Source: Lama guanicoe (Eukaryota). Taken from it: a stretch of DNA of 64,000 bases. The notes under the pieces are model-generated. The model saw nothing but the letters and a program-made list of their open reading frames with translations. It ran no database searches and was not told the origin of the DNA. Numbering within the stretch: the first letter of the stretch is position 1; every line of letters begins with the position of its first letter. The stretch is from positions 62,001 through 126,000 of the forward strand of contig MU053493.1 in assembly GCA_013239625.1 (NCBI GenBank), in the 5' to 3' direction. The translations under genes and the position numbers were made by a program. Below, one piece after another: positions 24,999-38,354 of this stretch.

Positions 24999-25122
24999 CT
25001 GAATAATCAGTTGGGCTGTCCCTCAGCTAGTAGGAGGAAGACTCTTCTTGAGTGCAGCAGACATGATTCCCAGCTTACTCTGCAGTAGTATCCTCCAGGT
25101 GGGTCTACAACACCTCCAGGAC
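24999..25122 (-). ncRNA. Candidate non-coding upstream (U) exon of SNRPN, 124 nt
   Basis: Acceptor ...aaacacag| at 25123 and strong donor CAG|GTAAGAG at 24998. It lies in non-repetitive-looking sequence on the SNRPN strand. Confidence 0.4.
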
Positions 25123-25644
25123 CTGTGTTTTTGAAGCATATAAAAGCATGCACCTGTTTCTTTACTGACTCCCGAGTAAGCCTCAGGGAAAACTCTGTTC
25201 ACCTGCTTAATGACCATCTTCTTCAACACCCGGCTTCAGAATACTTCACAAAGCTGAACCTTCAAGTCTAGCTCCAATTCCATTGCCTTTGTGTCAGATC
25301 CAGGCATGCATTAAGGTGAATCTGTCAGAAGAGCCTTGGACAGTTGGGATATTGTAACTGTCTTTGGATCTATGCCATTCCCAGAATTTATGAGTATCTC
25401 CACCAGGCAAATCATGGGATGTCTCAAACCTGCCAGTTAGAAGTTGTTGAGGGGTAGAAAAGGAAGATAGTATACCTCTAGGGCATGTCCTTTAAACCCT
25501 CCACCTACTTGGAGAGGTCCCACACCTGCATAACTCTCCAAAACAAATCTTAAACAGTAGATGACTTAGAACATAACTAAAAAGCATTAGCCACCCAAAT
25601 GCTCTCTGAGCTGAGCTCTGCTTGAGATTTGGGAGGCAGTCTAG

Positions 25645-25800
25645 TGCTTTCCAAACTATAAAGAACACAGGAATTAGTGGAGATCTTGTTATATTTTGAT
25701 AGTGATTCAGAAGGCCTGGGGTGGGAGCTGAGATTTGCATTTCTAACAAGACCCCAGGTGATGCCAGTGCTACTGGTTCAAGACCTCGCTTGAGTAACAA
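25645..25800. mobile_element. MER5A-like hAT-Charlie DNA transposon
   Basis: gattcagaaggcctggggtgggagctgagatttgcatttctaacaagaccccaggtgatgcc, a recalled MER5A core. Confidence 0.7.
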
Positions 25801-26484
25801 AGGTCTATCATACTACTTAAGGGCTTATTTGTTAGGGAGGTATATATAGATAGAATCTTAATTTTAACTAAACTGCTGTGGGATCTTGAACAATTCCTTT
25901 CCCTCCAGAGTTGAGTTTATGTCTCTCCTTCCTCCCCTATTTTCCTTGAGGGAGTTCGAGTATGTAAAGCACACTCAATTTTTTTTTTCAATAGGAATTC
26001 CATAACTTATTCTTTTTTATATAAAAAGTCATCCAAATGCTATCAAAATGTCTTCTAAGAAGAATTATATTATTTCAGATCATAAATAATCAGCAAAGAT
26101 ACAAATGATTCACAACTAAAGAAAAAACCAACACTAGTGCTTTCCATCAGTGCTGAAAACAGACCTGCTTGGGATGTATTAATAAAACATCACAGTATTC
26201 AACCACAACAACTGAAGTAGTTGGTTCTTAGAGGAACAAAAGGAGGGATACTAGTGTTCATGAAGGCAGCCCACCTACACAAAATAAATAAGGTATGAAT
26301 ATGTGTTGTCAGTGAATAGTAATACTGGTAGGTATGTCAAATATGAAGTTTCTTTAAAATACAGGGACAAGCAAAAGGAAATGGGCTTACACACTGAAGC
26401 CCAATATTAAACTGGGCTTCAGCTCTGCAGTCTCAGATGTGGCACACTTCAGTGATTTTCTCCAGCACTGGTTGGGCTGTTACT

Positions 26485-26660
26485 TCTCTCAAAGTGTAGT
26501 GCTGAGCTCAACCCTGACACTTGTTAGAAATACAAATTCTCAGGCCCTAGACCAGACCTAGTGAATTAGAAAACCCTGGGTGGGAGATAGCATTGTTTTA
26601 AAAAAAAAAAAAAGCCCTCAGGTGATGCTCATGCACACTCAAGCAGGGGAATCAACTGCT
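26485..26660. mobile_element. MER5A/B-like fragment
   Basis: cttgttagaaatacaaattctcaggccctagaccagaccta...gccctcaggtgatgct. Confidence 0.6.
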
Positions 26661-27729
26661 TTGCCAGAAAGATACAGCAGAGTCAAGCAAAACCACTAGG
26701 GAAAAAAGGGAAATATCCAAAAAAGAGGAAAGGGGTAAATAGTGCAATTAAATTTTAACTGAAAATATGATTGCTTTAGGAATATGAAAAGTGAAAAAAA
26801 GTTTTGTAAGCATGTGTAACAGAGAGGAGGTCGTGGACTAGACAGGGTGTGCATACAGATGGAGGGTAATGAGAGGCTAGAGATCTTTAAGGTTTCTACT
26901 TAAATCAGAGAAAGTACCTTCCACGACTAGTAGAAGGAGCAGCAAAACCTCGAGAAGAAGTTCTAAGCTCAGCTTCATATGCTGAGTTGAGAATTACAAA
27001 GAGAAAAGATATGTATCAGGTCGTTCAAAATACAAGTGTACAAATCTTAAAGTAATGCGAAAATGTGCTGTGTCCCTTGGAAAGAGGAGCTAGAGAGGGA
27101 AGTTTATATTTGATTTTCTACATTTTCACACACCCTCCCCCCCCAAGAAACTGAAACAAAAAACTATGTACTGATAGTATGTGCAATACCATATGACCTT
27201 TCAAGATAAAGCAAGTGGCACTGTGGCTACTTTAAGAAGCCCTTGTCTCTGCCTTATGCAAGTATGAATACTTCCGCATAAGTGACAGATTGACAGAATC
27301 AAACGTAAACTCTGAATACTTCTTTAAATAAAAGGAGTCTTATTAAAACAAAAGAATAAACTACCAAACTTACTGAAAACCTTTTCGGCAAGTACACTAA
27401 AAACAGCACAAAACAATATTTTAAAAGGAAGACACAAAAACAAATTTGCTCACAGGTGATTTCCGCAGCAACAGAATCAATGCAAAAATATTTTCATACA
27501 GTTCTGTATAAAATCCATAGCTCTCGTTAAACCACATTAGTAAAGCCAGAACTAAAGGAAGAAAGTAAAAGATAAACAGGACAAATCTGACCTTTTAAAA
27601 ATTTGTATTACATAGCATACATTTCTAAGAGTGTAGAGGCGAACTCATGTTTTAAAAAACCAAATCCTAAACACAATAACAAAAGTAAAAAAAAAAAAAA
27701 AAAAAAAAACCCAATTATGAAACCTCTTG

Positions 27730-28080
27730 GTTTCCCCGCGCAGCGAAGACGGAAACGAATGGGCAGAGGCGCCGACTGCAGCGCCGCCGCGCCGCGCAGG
27801 CGCAGACGGGCTACACCGGCGCAGACCGCCCCGCACCTTGCCAGCTACGTCACCTTCCCAGAGTGCCCCGCGGACAAGCCAGCCGCGCCGCACATGCGCA
27901 GACAGGATTCATCACCGCGGGCCTCCCCTCACCCTGCCGGCTGCGTGACCTTCCCAAGGTGCCCCGCGGGCAACCCAGCCGCGCCGGGTGATGGCGTATT
28001 TCCGGTGGGCTGCAGTTCCGGGAGGGCTTGCTGAGACAGGCTCGCGCGGCAAGGGCTTAGTCCGCGCGGAAATTCGAGTG
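27730..28080. promoter_or_regulatory. Small CpG island with NRF1-like motifs and a duplicated ~62 bp unit; candidate upstream promoter
   Basis: CpG-rich. CGCGCAGGCGCA at 27793-27804 and CGCACATGCGCA at 27889-27900. Direct repeats at 27829-27890 and 27925-27986. Confidence 0.5.
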
Positions 28081-29569
28081 AAACTTTCTGTGATTTTAGT
28101 TTTCAAAACCGGCTACCGTGGCCAGAAACAAATGATCGGAATTACCCGTTACTTAAGTTCACTCTCTGAAAATAGTAAAAAAAAAAAAGTTTTAAAGAGT
28201 TAAGACAACACGACCGTAAAGCATATGTCCCTTTAAGAAGTGATTGATTCAGAAGGAATTGAATCATTGACCAAAAGGGGGGGAAAAAAGGCACCATATA
28301 TTTCAAAGGAAATTTTCTTTATATTCCTATTTTTCGGAAATGTGCACCTTTCAAACGTTGGTTCATAATGTAAAACCCTAAACTTGGCTTTTACCACATC
28401 CTGATCAAATACATGCTGCCGCTGGCTGAATTTGAAAATGTTACCATTATATGATAATGTAATTCAAATACACGAATACAATGAAGCATGCTTAGAGGCA
28501 TTCAATGAAGGCGTTTCTTAATCTGAATAGAAATAAAAATGCAGATGCTGAAAGGTGTAACTAAGCAACATAGAAGGCTGATGTGGACTTTCATTCCCTA
28601 ATTTTTAAGTTGGTTATTCTTCAATTTGTAACATCAGCACTTCTTAAAAAATAAAGTCAACATGGCAAGAAAATACATATAGGCATGTCTCTTATTATTT
28701 AAAAAAATAGCAAGACTATAAATATTTGAAGATCATTCCTAAGTCTGACATTAGTAGTTTTATTCCGTTAGAATTGTTTCCTGCCTCCCCCTTAACTTTT
28801 CCAATACTCCTAATATTTTCTATGATGACATAAAACATTTTAAAGTCAACTTCCAAATAATTAACAAAAAGGAAAAAGGAAATAAGGAATTCATAATTTT
28901 GCAGTAGTTTGGAGAATTGATTTATGTTGTGGAATGCAACAGAGAAAAGTTTCTGCCATTGTTTTGTAAAACAAAATGAAGCTGGAAGGAGGAGACCAGC
29001 ACTGGGAAAATGGATCCCTTGGATAAAAATGTTTAGCTGAGGCAGAAAAATGAGCTCCAGTGCAAGCTGGTGAGAAGGAGAAATGGGAGCAGTGATGTAT
29101 ACCGCAGAGGTGAAAATAAAGTTCAGTAGCTACTTTGAAAAGAATCCTGACTTATTTATTTCAGAAGTTTGCAAGGCACACAAAAAGTTGTCAAAGTAAG
29201 AACATTTTTAATAGTCAAAATTCACAGCTATTTTTCACATAAATCTTGAAACACAGGTAAAAGTTTGTCCTATCCAAGCAAATACTCTTGAATTAGTTTG
29301 ACGGTTTTTTTTTTTACAAAGGAAAATACCAAAGAATGCAAGAAAAAAACCTAAATTTTAACTGTATTAAAATGGCATTCCCAATTAACATTCTGGAGAC
29401 CAATGAAATTCGACAAAAGAGAAATAAAAACAATTTTATAAATAAGTTTATAAGTGGCTTTGTACAGATAATAATTATAAGACAAAAACATGGCAATAAA
29501 AATTGCACTTTATTTTTTTTCTAAGTAAAGGCTAATTATATGCTAAAATCCTGAATTCACAACACATGG

Positions 29570-29910
29570 TGGTCTCAGTCTCCGCGGAGCAAGCTGCTGA
29601 TGGAAATTTCCCCCAAGATTCCCTCAGAAGCCTGGAAGACAGAGGAGGGAGGCAGAGGGAAGTCTCACCTGGCTCGCCCCCCAGCTCCGCTTTCGCTCAC
29701 GCATCGCCCCAGCCACTCTCCGGGAGCGTCGCTGGACCTTCTCAGCTGCCCAGCGACCCAGTTTGTAGAACGATGGAGCTTTTCCTTCTTGCGACAGTGC
29801 CAGATCCCGGCGCTGATGAACCCAGGGCCACAGCTGCTGCCCTTTGTGCTTCGGGACGGTGGCAACATAGTCTCTGGTTTCCCACTCTCCGATATGCTGC
29901 AGACCGTTCA
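29570..29910 (-). promoter_or_regulatory. CpG-enriched islet with a minus-strand splice donor; candidate upstream first exon
   Basis: Local CpG enrichment in AT-rich flanks; CAG|GTGAGA donor with GT at 29668-29667. Confidence 0.35.
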
Positions 29911-30139
29911 CAAGTAGGAATTTCAAATTAACACAAAACTCAAAATCGAAGCACCATAAATTCGAATCTTCCCCAAAAGCGTTATGAATTAAAACTCAAT
30001 ATGTACCAACATGTGAAACCGAATCACGGGTTTCAAGATGGTTTTGTCCTCTTAAGTTTTCAAATGCTGTGCAAATTAAGATGGACAGATTTTAATTAAA
30101 ATCTCAACTAAAATCTCTGCATAATAAGCCTATTCAGCT

Positions 30140-30160
30140 GGGTGAGTGTGTGTGCACGTG

Positions 30161-30191
<31 letters not shown>
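30140..30191. repeat. (GT)n microsatellite
   Basis: Interrupted GT dinucleotide run. Confidence 0.9.
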
Positions 30192-30195
<4 letters not shown>

Positions 30196-31849
30196 ACCCA
30201 AGACTTATTTCCAAGAGAATAAAATAGCTTAGTTAAATCAAAAGTTATAATTTCAGTACAAAGAATCTTATTTTCATACCCAAGAGTACGTTGCCAAGCA
30301 TGATAGGAAATCTGATAATTTTGACTCTATAACAAATATTTCGAAGAGCAATAGAGAAAAAGTAGTTAAAGAAAAGCCTGAAATAATAAAATGCTAACAA
30401 AACTTAAGGTATTAGATTCTATTCAGAAGAATTCAAATTTGGTAACTAGACCCCTTCAAATGAAATATTAGCAAAATAAGAAAACCAATTATGAGAATAT
30501 AATTCACTTAGAGAAACTGCAACAAGGTGAAAAGTGATTTTTTTTCTCAGATTGGAATTTAAAAAAAAACAAAACAATTTACCAAGGATTTAGGCTATGA
30601 AATTAAATTCCTCTTATGAACTCCTACAACTCATGAGGAAATGACATACATACACACACACACACTTACAGAAGGATGAATTTAACACAGGACAAACATA
30701 GCAGGCTTAATAATAAAATATGAGCTATGTATGTGTGTCCATGAAAACACATTCCTGTATGCCCATGTTTGTAAATGAAATCAGTTAGCCTAATATGGTT
30801 CACACCGACCTTGTCAACAGTTAACTATAGTAGGTGGCATTATGGTCTGGAGCTAGGCTTCCCTGAATTTTTACCATGATTTATTCTGAACTGTGTGTTT
30901 TCCCCCAGAAGCAGGACATAGGATTGTGTTTCAGTTTTGAAATAAAGATAAAAAAAAGATGCTTGCTCAAATGAACACAGTTATTTTTGGTTCTTATACT
31001 CATATCTTCCTTGCTCTGACTATTCCTTCTTTCAGCCTTCTGAGACTTTATTCCTCCCATCATAGCTCAGTATTAACCCCAGCAGCTACTGATAACCTTA
31101 TGTGAACTTTTTAATGAGGCTGCCTTTGGCTTCTCATTTTCTTGATGCTAGATGGCGCTGCTACTCCTACAAACCAAGTGAAGTTCCCATTTCTGAAACA
31201 AGCTATGAAGGCACGAAAATAACTTGTACATGGAATATTCACGGACTGATTTGGGATTCCCCCACAAGAAAGTCTAAATGAATGAAGAGAATGGTGCAAG
31301 CTATAAACCATAATCCCTTGTGACCTCTCCTTTGGCCTTTAGGATTTTTTTTTTCCTCTGCCAAACCCCTACCCTGTTGCCTGCACAGACTCTTTCTCTA
31401 AAACAAAGGATTTGCTTTAACAAATTTTCAGACACCAAAAAACCAACATTTTTCAATTTACAGTCACATCAATGGCATTCCTATTAGGAAGATGTCAAAT
31501 GTGACTAATGAATGCATAAGAGAAGAACCACAAATAAAACCATGTAATTGAAGTGTCATTAAATGCCCTCAAAATCTAGTCCCAGCATACATGTTCCTGT
31601 TGAGTCAGGCAGATGAATATTCTCTACCTATAGTAGCTCAGATATTTTGTCATTTGTTCATAACCGGTTACCTGCCTTGAACAGAAATTCTATTTTTGTC
31701 TTCCTTAAGTTTCTACTAATTATCCTTTATGTCTCTAGTCATACTTTACTTTCTTCAAGCAGCCTTTGCTGACCACTTAAATCTAGGCTACATGCTCACA
31801 CGCCCCCTTAAATCCTCCAGTGCTTTGCACAATTCAAGCCACAGCATTT

Positions 31850-32351
31850 CTACTGCAGATAAGAAAAAAAATCTTTTTCTGTTCACCTTTTTATGTTTTT
31901 TTGACTGGGGTTCTGTAACAAAAGACAGATTAACAAGAGAAAAGTATACAAATGTATTTAAGCTTTTCATGACACAGGAGTATTCGTAGGGAAATAAGGG
32001 TGCATAGAAATAGTTAAACCTGAGTGTTTTTGTAGGAGGTTTGATGAAGAGTGTAAAGTCATGGGAGAATGTGATAGGACAAAGGGTATGAGTTAAGTGT
32101 GTAAACTGATGGAAAGTTAGCAAGGCCTATTAATTCAGATTCCTCTTGGCGGCGCTCTTTCTTCAGAAATGAGGGTGCCCCCTTCCTCTGAGTACAGAGA
32201 GGGCAGCTCTCACTTGAGACTTCTTATCACTTCCTTCAAAGAAGAAGGTCAGAGTCCTTCCAGCACCTTCCCCTTCTCAAATCACTTGAACTTAAAATAC
32301 TAAATGTGCCAAGGTACCATCATTTGGGGTAGTGTGTTCTGAACCCTGTCA
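31850..32351 (-). mobile_element. MER39/MER34-like LTR, antisense
   Basis: Ends gccaaggtaccatcatttggggtagtgtgttctgaaccctgtca, the reverse complement of the 13332 LTR start. Confidence 0.55.
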
Positions 32352-33339
32352 TTACCCAAAATTTAGTTGCCTATTCATTTATCTGAATTCCCACTCCATT
32401 GATGTCAACTACAGGAGGAAATCTGTATTTTTCATACACTCATCCATCCGCTACATGTAACAAAGTACATACCGCATGGTTGCCATTTAATTTTGTTTGT
32501 ATATGTGCAGGTATTTCCTTATAGCCATCTTCCCTTTCCCAAAGTAAACACAATTTAACACTTAAGTAGCACCCTCCTAACGTTCAAAAATATTATTAGA
32601 CTTTACCCTACATTAGGATTCCTCAGTTTATCCTAATTGCATAGAGATAAAATGACCTCAGTCCACTCTACTTGTTTGGTCTCATCTCCTCCTCCAAATC
32701 TTCACTGACAACTCTATGAACAGGGCAGTTTGATTTCTTTGTAATTTGTCTATGTGTCATGCTCCTCCTGGTTTCCTTACACTCATTCTTCTGATTGGTT
32801 GGTGGTGAGATAATCAGGAGTCAACATCATCAACCTTCTGGTCACAACTAGTTTGAGGTCTATGTGCTTGTGGTCAGTGTAGAGTTAACTTCTTCCACCT
32901 GATGGGAGTTTCAGTCTCTGTAAAACAACTCAATGGATGTGGCTCAGAATATTATCTATAGCCTTGGAGGAGGGATGAAAGGTCTATGATTTTGTTTAAT
33001 GGCTAAACCATTATTATTTGGTCTTACTTGACTATTTTCCTTTGTTTCTGCATTTTCTCACTTCTCTGATAAATTTATTCTTTGGAACTCAGGGAAGACC
33101 TAGAAAGCTTAAATATTTCTACAAACAAGAAACAGACAGAGAACATGAGAGTCTGCCCTGGGAAGGCCCTATGGGGTTCTGTTCAGTTCCACTTGCAGCT
33201 TCAAGACTCAGTCAATTCACAGACTCAGAGTGGTATTAAATACCCCATGAAAGGAACAGTTGTTTATAGTATGAGAGCTGAAACAAGAAGGCAAATTGTT
33301 GCCTTGTTTGACTATATCTGACAACATGCTCTCAACTGG

Positions 33340-33480
33340 AGACTCAAATTTTCCCCTGCTCTTCACTTGTATGTAAATGACCACAGAAATGCTACAGTAT
33401 TGATTTGGGGGTTACAAATAAATTTTAGTGAGTAGGTGGACTTGCAAATACTGAATCCACAAATAATGATGATCAACTGC
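33340..33480. mobile_element. Tigger4/MER46-like transposon end
   Basis: gatttgggggttacaaataaattttagtgagtagg...aataatgatgatcaactg. Confidence 0.55.
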
Positions 33481-33728
33481 CTTTTAAAACAAGATGAGGT
33501 GTGAACATCAGTGTCTGAAGTAAGATAATGAGTGAGTTAATTCTTAGAAGGTGAATACAGATTTCAATTGTACAGAACAAGGAAAGAAAGAAAGCTATTA
33601 TCTTCAAACAGTAGAGTGAAACTACTTCACTGGTAAGAAAGGCTCAGAATGACTTTATGTTTCCAGATTATTAGTATCAACTTAGTCCAAGGAGATAACT
33701 CCATTCCAAGTCTCAGGATCTCATTCTT

Positions 33729-34337
33729 ATTTTTTAATTTTATTTTATTGAGTTATAGTCAGTTTACAATGTTGTGCCAATTTCCAGTGAAGAGCACAAT
33801 TTTCCAGTTATACATGAATATACATATATTCATCATCACATTCTTTTTCAGTGTGAGCTACCACAAGATCTTGTATATATCTCCCTGTGCTATACAGTAT
33901 AATCTTATTTATCTATTCTGTATATACCTGTCATTATCCACAAGTTTTGAACTCTCAGTCTGTCTCTTCCCACCCCATGCCCCTTGGCAAACAGAAGTTT
34001 GTATTCTATGTCTGTGAGTCTATTTCTGTTTTGTATTTATGTTTTGTTTGTTTGTTTCTTTGTTTTAGATTCCACATATGAGCAATCTCATATGGTATTT
34101 TTCTTTCTCTTTCTGGCTTACTTCACTTAGAATGACATTCTCCAGGAGCATCCATATTGCTGCAAATGGCATTATGTTGTCTTTTTTATTGCTGAGTAGT
34201 ATTCCATTGTATAAATATGCTACATCTTCTTTATCCAGTCAACTGTCAATGGACATATAGGTTGTTTCCATGCCTTGGCTATTGTAAATAGTGCTGCTAT
34301 GAATACTGGGGTGCAGGTATCTTTTTGAAGTAGGGTT
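33729..34337 (-). mobile_element. Young 5'-truncated L1 3' end
   Basis: T-rich tail on the left and ORF2 C-terminus antisense. TSD TCA(G/A)GATCTCATTCTT on both sides. Confidence 0.9.
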
Positions 34338-34404
34338 TCAAGATCTCATTCTTTATTAATGTTCACATGAAAAACTGTAGTGAAAGTGTGTAATTAAATT
34401 GTTT

Positions 34405-35365
34405 TTGAGCTCATACAACTCAACATCAAAACAGACAGACAAACAAAAAAACCTGATTAAAAAAAATAAGCAGAACTGAACAGACATTTTTCCAAAGGGG
34501 AAATGCAGATGGCCAAGAGACACACGAAAAGATGCTCAGCATTGCTAATCATCAAAGAAATGCAAATCCAAACCACAGTGAGATGCCACCTCACACCTGC
34601 TAGAATGGCTACCAGCAAGCAGAATACAAATAACAAATGTTGGTGAGGATGCGGAGAGAAGGGAACCCTCATACACTGTTGGTGGTAAGTAAGTTGGTGC
34701 AGTCTAAAACAGTAAGGAGTTTTCTCAAAAAACTAAAAATAGAACTACCTTGTGACCCAACAATTCCAATCCTGGGTGTATATCCAAAAAAAAAACCCCA
34801 GTAATTTGAAAAGATACATGCACTTCAATGTTCATAGTGGCATTGTTTACAGTTGCCAAGATGCAGAAGCAGCCTAAGTGTCAGTCAGCAGATGAATGAA
34901 TACACACTCACACACACACACACACACTTGAAATATACCTCAGCCATAAAAAATAACAAATTTTTGCCATTTTCAGCAACATGGATGGATGTGGAGGGTA
35001 TTATGTTAAATGAAATAATTCAGACAGAGAAATACACTGTATGATATTATTTATATGTGGAATATAAAAAAATACAACAAACTAGTGAATATAACAAAAA
35101 AAAAGCAGACTCACAGATACAGAGAGCAAACTAGTGGTTACCAGTGGGGAGAGGGCAGGGGGAGGAGCAATATAGGCATGGGGATTAAGAGGTACAAATT
35201 ATTAGGTATAAACTAAGCTACAAAGATATATTGTACAACATGGGGAATATAGCCAATATTTTATAATGACTATAAATGTAATATAACCCTTACAAATTGT
35301 GAGTCCCTATATTGTACACCTGAAACTTACATAATATTGTACAACTAACTATAATAAAAATATTT
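34405..35365 (+). mobile_element. L1 3' end, same older subfamily as 16275-17655
   Basis: ORF2 C-terminal motif and a 3' UTR similar to 17280-17640. Confidence 0.85.
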
Positions 35366-38354
35366 TTTGTTTCCAGTTTTTTTTACATTTTTTATTGATT
35401 CATAATCATTTTACAGTGTTGTGTATAATAAAAATATTTGAAATTGATACATGAAAGAATAACTTCAAGAATTACCTGTGGGGAAGTAGCTAGGTATGTG
35501 AAAGATAAACAAGGTTAGATGCTAGGATAAGGACAGAGTTTAGTCATAAATATACTATTGTGATAGAGAAAAGAATCCATTGTTGAACCGAACTCAACTT
35601 GGATTTGTTCAGAGGTGACTGGATGTTTTAAAGGGAAAATGAGGAAATAAGGAGGGGCGTGAGTCAGCAGAATCAGGGAAGTAAAGAATTACAAAAAGCA
35701 GGAAAGGGGGTTGGTCCATGTGAAACCCATCTGAGTTTAACCAGCACTCTTTTTAAAAATTTTTATTTATTTTTTAATTTTTAATTTTTTAAAATTTTCT
35801 CTTCTATATTTAATTTTTTATTGAAGTATAGTCAGTTTACAGTGGTGTACAACATAATGTTTCAGTCATACATATACATATATATATTCATTTTCATATT
35901 TTTTCATTATAGGTTATGATAAGATATTGAATATAGTTCCCTGTGCGACACAGAAAAAAACTTGTTATTTGTCTATTTTATATTATAATAGTATCTGCAA
36001 ATCTCGAACTCCCAGTTTATCCCTTCTCGCCCACTTTACCTCTTGGCAACCATAAGTTTTTAACTAGCACTCTTATCTTCCCATGGAGACTGGGAGGCTG
36101 GGACCTTGTCTTCAGGTGTTGGCTGGAACAAACAGTAAATTCTTTTGGTAGACTTGAGGTTTCTCAGGCAGGCACTTTAAGGGGCTTTAGGATCTCACAA
36201 GAATGCTGCCTTGACCTGTTAGGAACTATATTTGTAATTTTTCAAGTCTTTGTGGGCCAAGTTCCAGACTTAGTAGAGAAGTGGGTTCCGAGGAACCTGG
36301 ATAGAGTTCAGTCAGGAGAGAATCTCTGTTAGTAGCACCTGATCACTGAGACATTCGTCTTTCTTCTGAATAATATAAGTCTATTTCTCTTTCATGCACC
36401 TTTTGTTTATTAAGGACAAGTTGAACCATGTGTTTACACTTTGTAGTAGAGGATGTTTAATGGATGGTATGAGTGGTCAGACACTGAATGAGAGTGTCTA
36501 TATGAACATGAAAAGGGAAAAAAGATTAATCTTTGGAGCAGATAATAAACCCAGTGTTTGAGTCCAGAGGGCATCCAGTTGAGAAGATTTTTAGACACTG
36601 ATCTCTAAGCATCTTTAGATGGTGCAGTGAGAACAACACTGGCAATCTGATGGATTTCTCAGTTTTTAGTTTGAATGTTTGTGATGATGGCATAAACATC
36701 AGTGTCACAGTCATGGTTGCTTGTTTTCTGGAACAGAGTATGGAAGACGTAGAAGTTCAGGTGGACTTTGGAGTGGCCCATGTAGCAGCAGCTTTAGGCA
36801 TAGAGGTTACAAATACATGATTTGTTGTATTGATGAGTTATATGAAGTTTATATCAAGATGTTCAGCTTCTGCTTGCAGGATTTTTTCACATCCTGGGGG
36901 GAAGAAGAGCTGCAGGACCTCCTGAGTCACAAGAAGGATCTTGGCATAAGGTTTTAGTTCTCGGTGATGCTGAGACAGCAAAGAGATGGAAAAATTGGAA
37001 ACATAAATTTTGAGAGCTGTAGCCAAATCTTGAGGGAAAATAGAAAGACAGGATTTGGTAACAACTGACAAAATGTGTAAGATGGAAGAATTCTGTTCTA
37101 CTTACAGGTAGATAATAAAACCGCAAATGAAATAAATGGGATTAGAATCTAATTATCCACAAGGGTGTGTTATACATTTTTAAATTTAAATATAAAGAAA
37201 GAAAGAAATGCTGTGATTTGCAACAGCATGGATAAAACTGTAGGGCATTATGCTTGAAATAAGCCATACACCAAAAGACAAATATTGTATACTCTCACTT
37301 ATATGTTGAATCTAAAAAGTTGACTCAGGATCAGAGAGTAGATTGGTAGTTGTCAGAGGCTGTGGGGTGGGGGAATTGGGGAGATGTTGGTCAAAGGATG
37401 CAAACTTTCAGTTATAAGATAAATAAGTTCCAGGAATCTAATGTACACCATAGTGACTACAGTCAGCAATATTGTATTGTATTCTTGAAATTTGGTAAGA
37501 GAATAGATCCTAAGTGTTCTCACCACAAAAAAAAAATGGTAACTATGAAAAAACAGATTTATCTCCATAGTCACCCATTTTGATCAAATATAATCAAAAT
37601 AAAAATTTTCTTGACTAAAAAATAATTTTAGTTTCATTAAGTTTGGTGTGATTATTTGCATAAGTTCAGTGAGAATGGTTACCTATAGAGGCCTTTCAAA
37701 TTTGCTTTGTGGAACTTTTTATAAGGCATCTCAGATTGGACTTTTAAAGGCCTCTCAAAGCTAGGAAGCCAAGCAAATAATTGTCAGTCAGATTTCACCT
37801 GCTGTACCAATAAATCTAAGTGAATTTTCTCTTCCTGAGGTCCCCAAAATATCCTAAATTTCCTGGGCCTGTAAAAGTGATTTCCCTAACTCATTTGTAA
37901 AGAGAGGGACTCTGCATGCCAAGTAGCAAGCCATATACCTATAGAAGGCTTTGTAGACATTAGCTCCATAAAGTAAAACCTAATTCTTTAAAACAGTCTG
38001 GTCATATCTGATTTTGTGCATTGTTTTAAAACATGACATGTTAGTCAAAGCCTTGGAAATAAAACCATTGTTTCCAACTGTGTCCTATTGCAATAGAGTC
38101 TTCTTGAGCCTATGAAAGTAACTATATGCTATGAAAATAAGAATATTAATAATAGTTTCTGGATTTTGGAGAAATCAGACAGGGAGAAAGAGATAAATGT
38201 TTCAATCTTATTTACAAAAATATAATTTACTAGGTTGTTATGAGTCATAGATAGCTTAAGAGGAAGGGAAAGGGGCTTTTTTTTTATACCCAGAGAATAG
38301 AACTTTGAAGAGTCAGTGATATTTCAAACCAAGGTCATAACAAATATAATTATA

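Noticed and set aside
27603..28203. Protein-coding gene in the small CpG island
   Set aside because: ORFs run through a polyA tract and GC-rich repeats with no recognisable homology.
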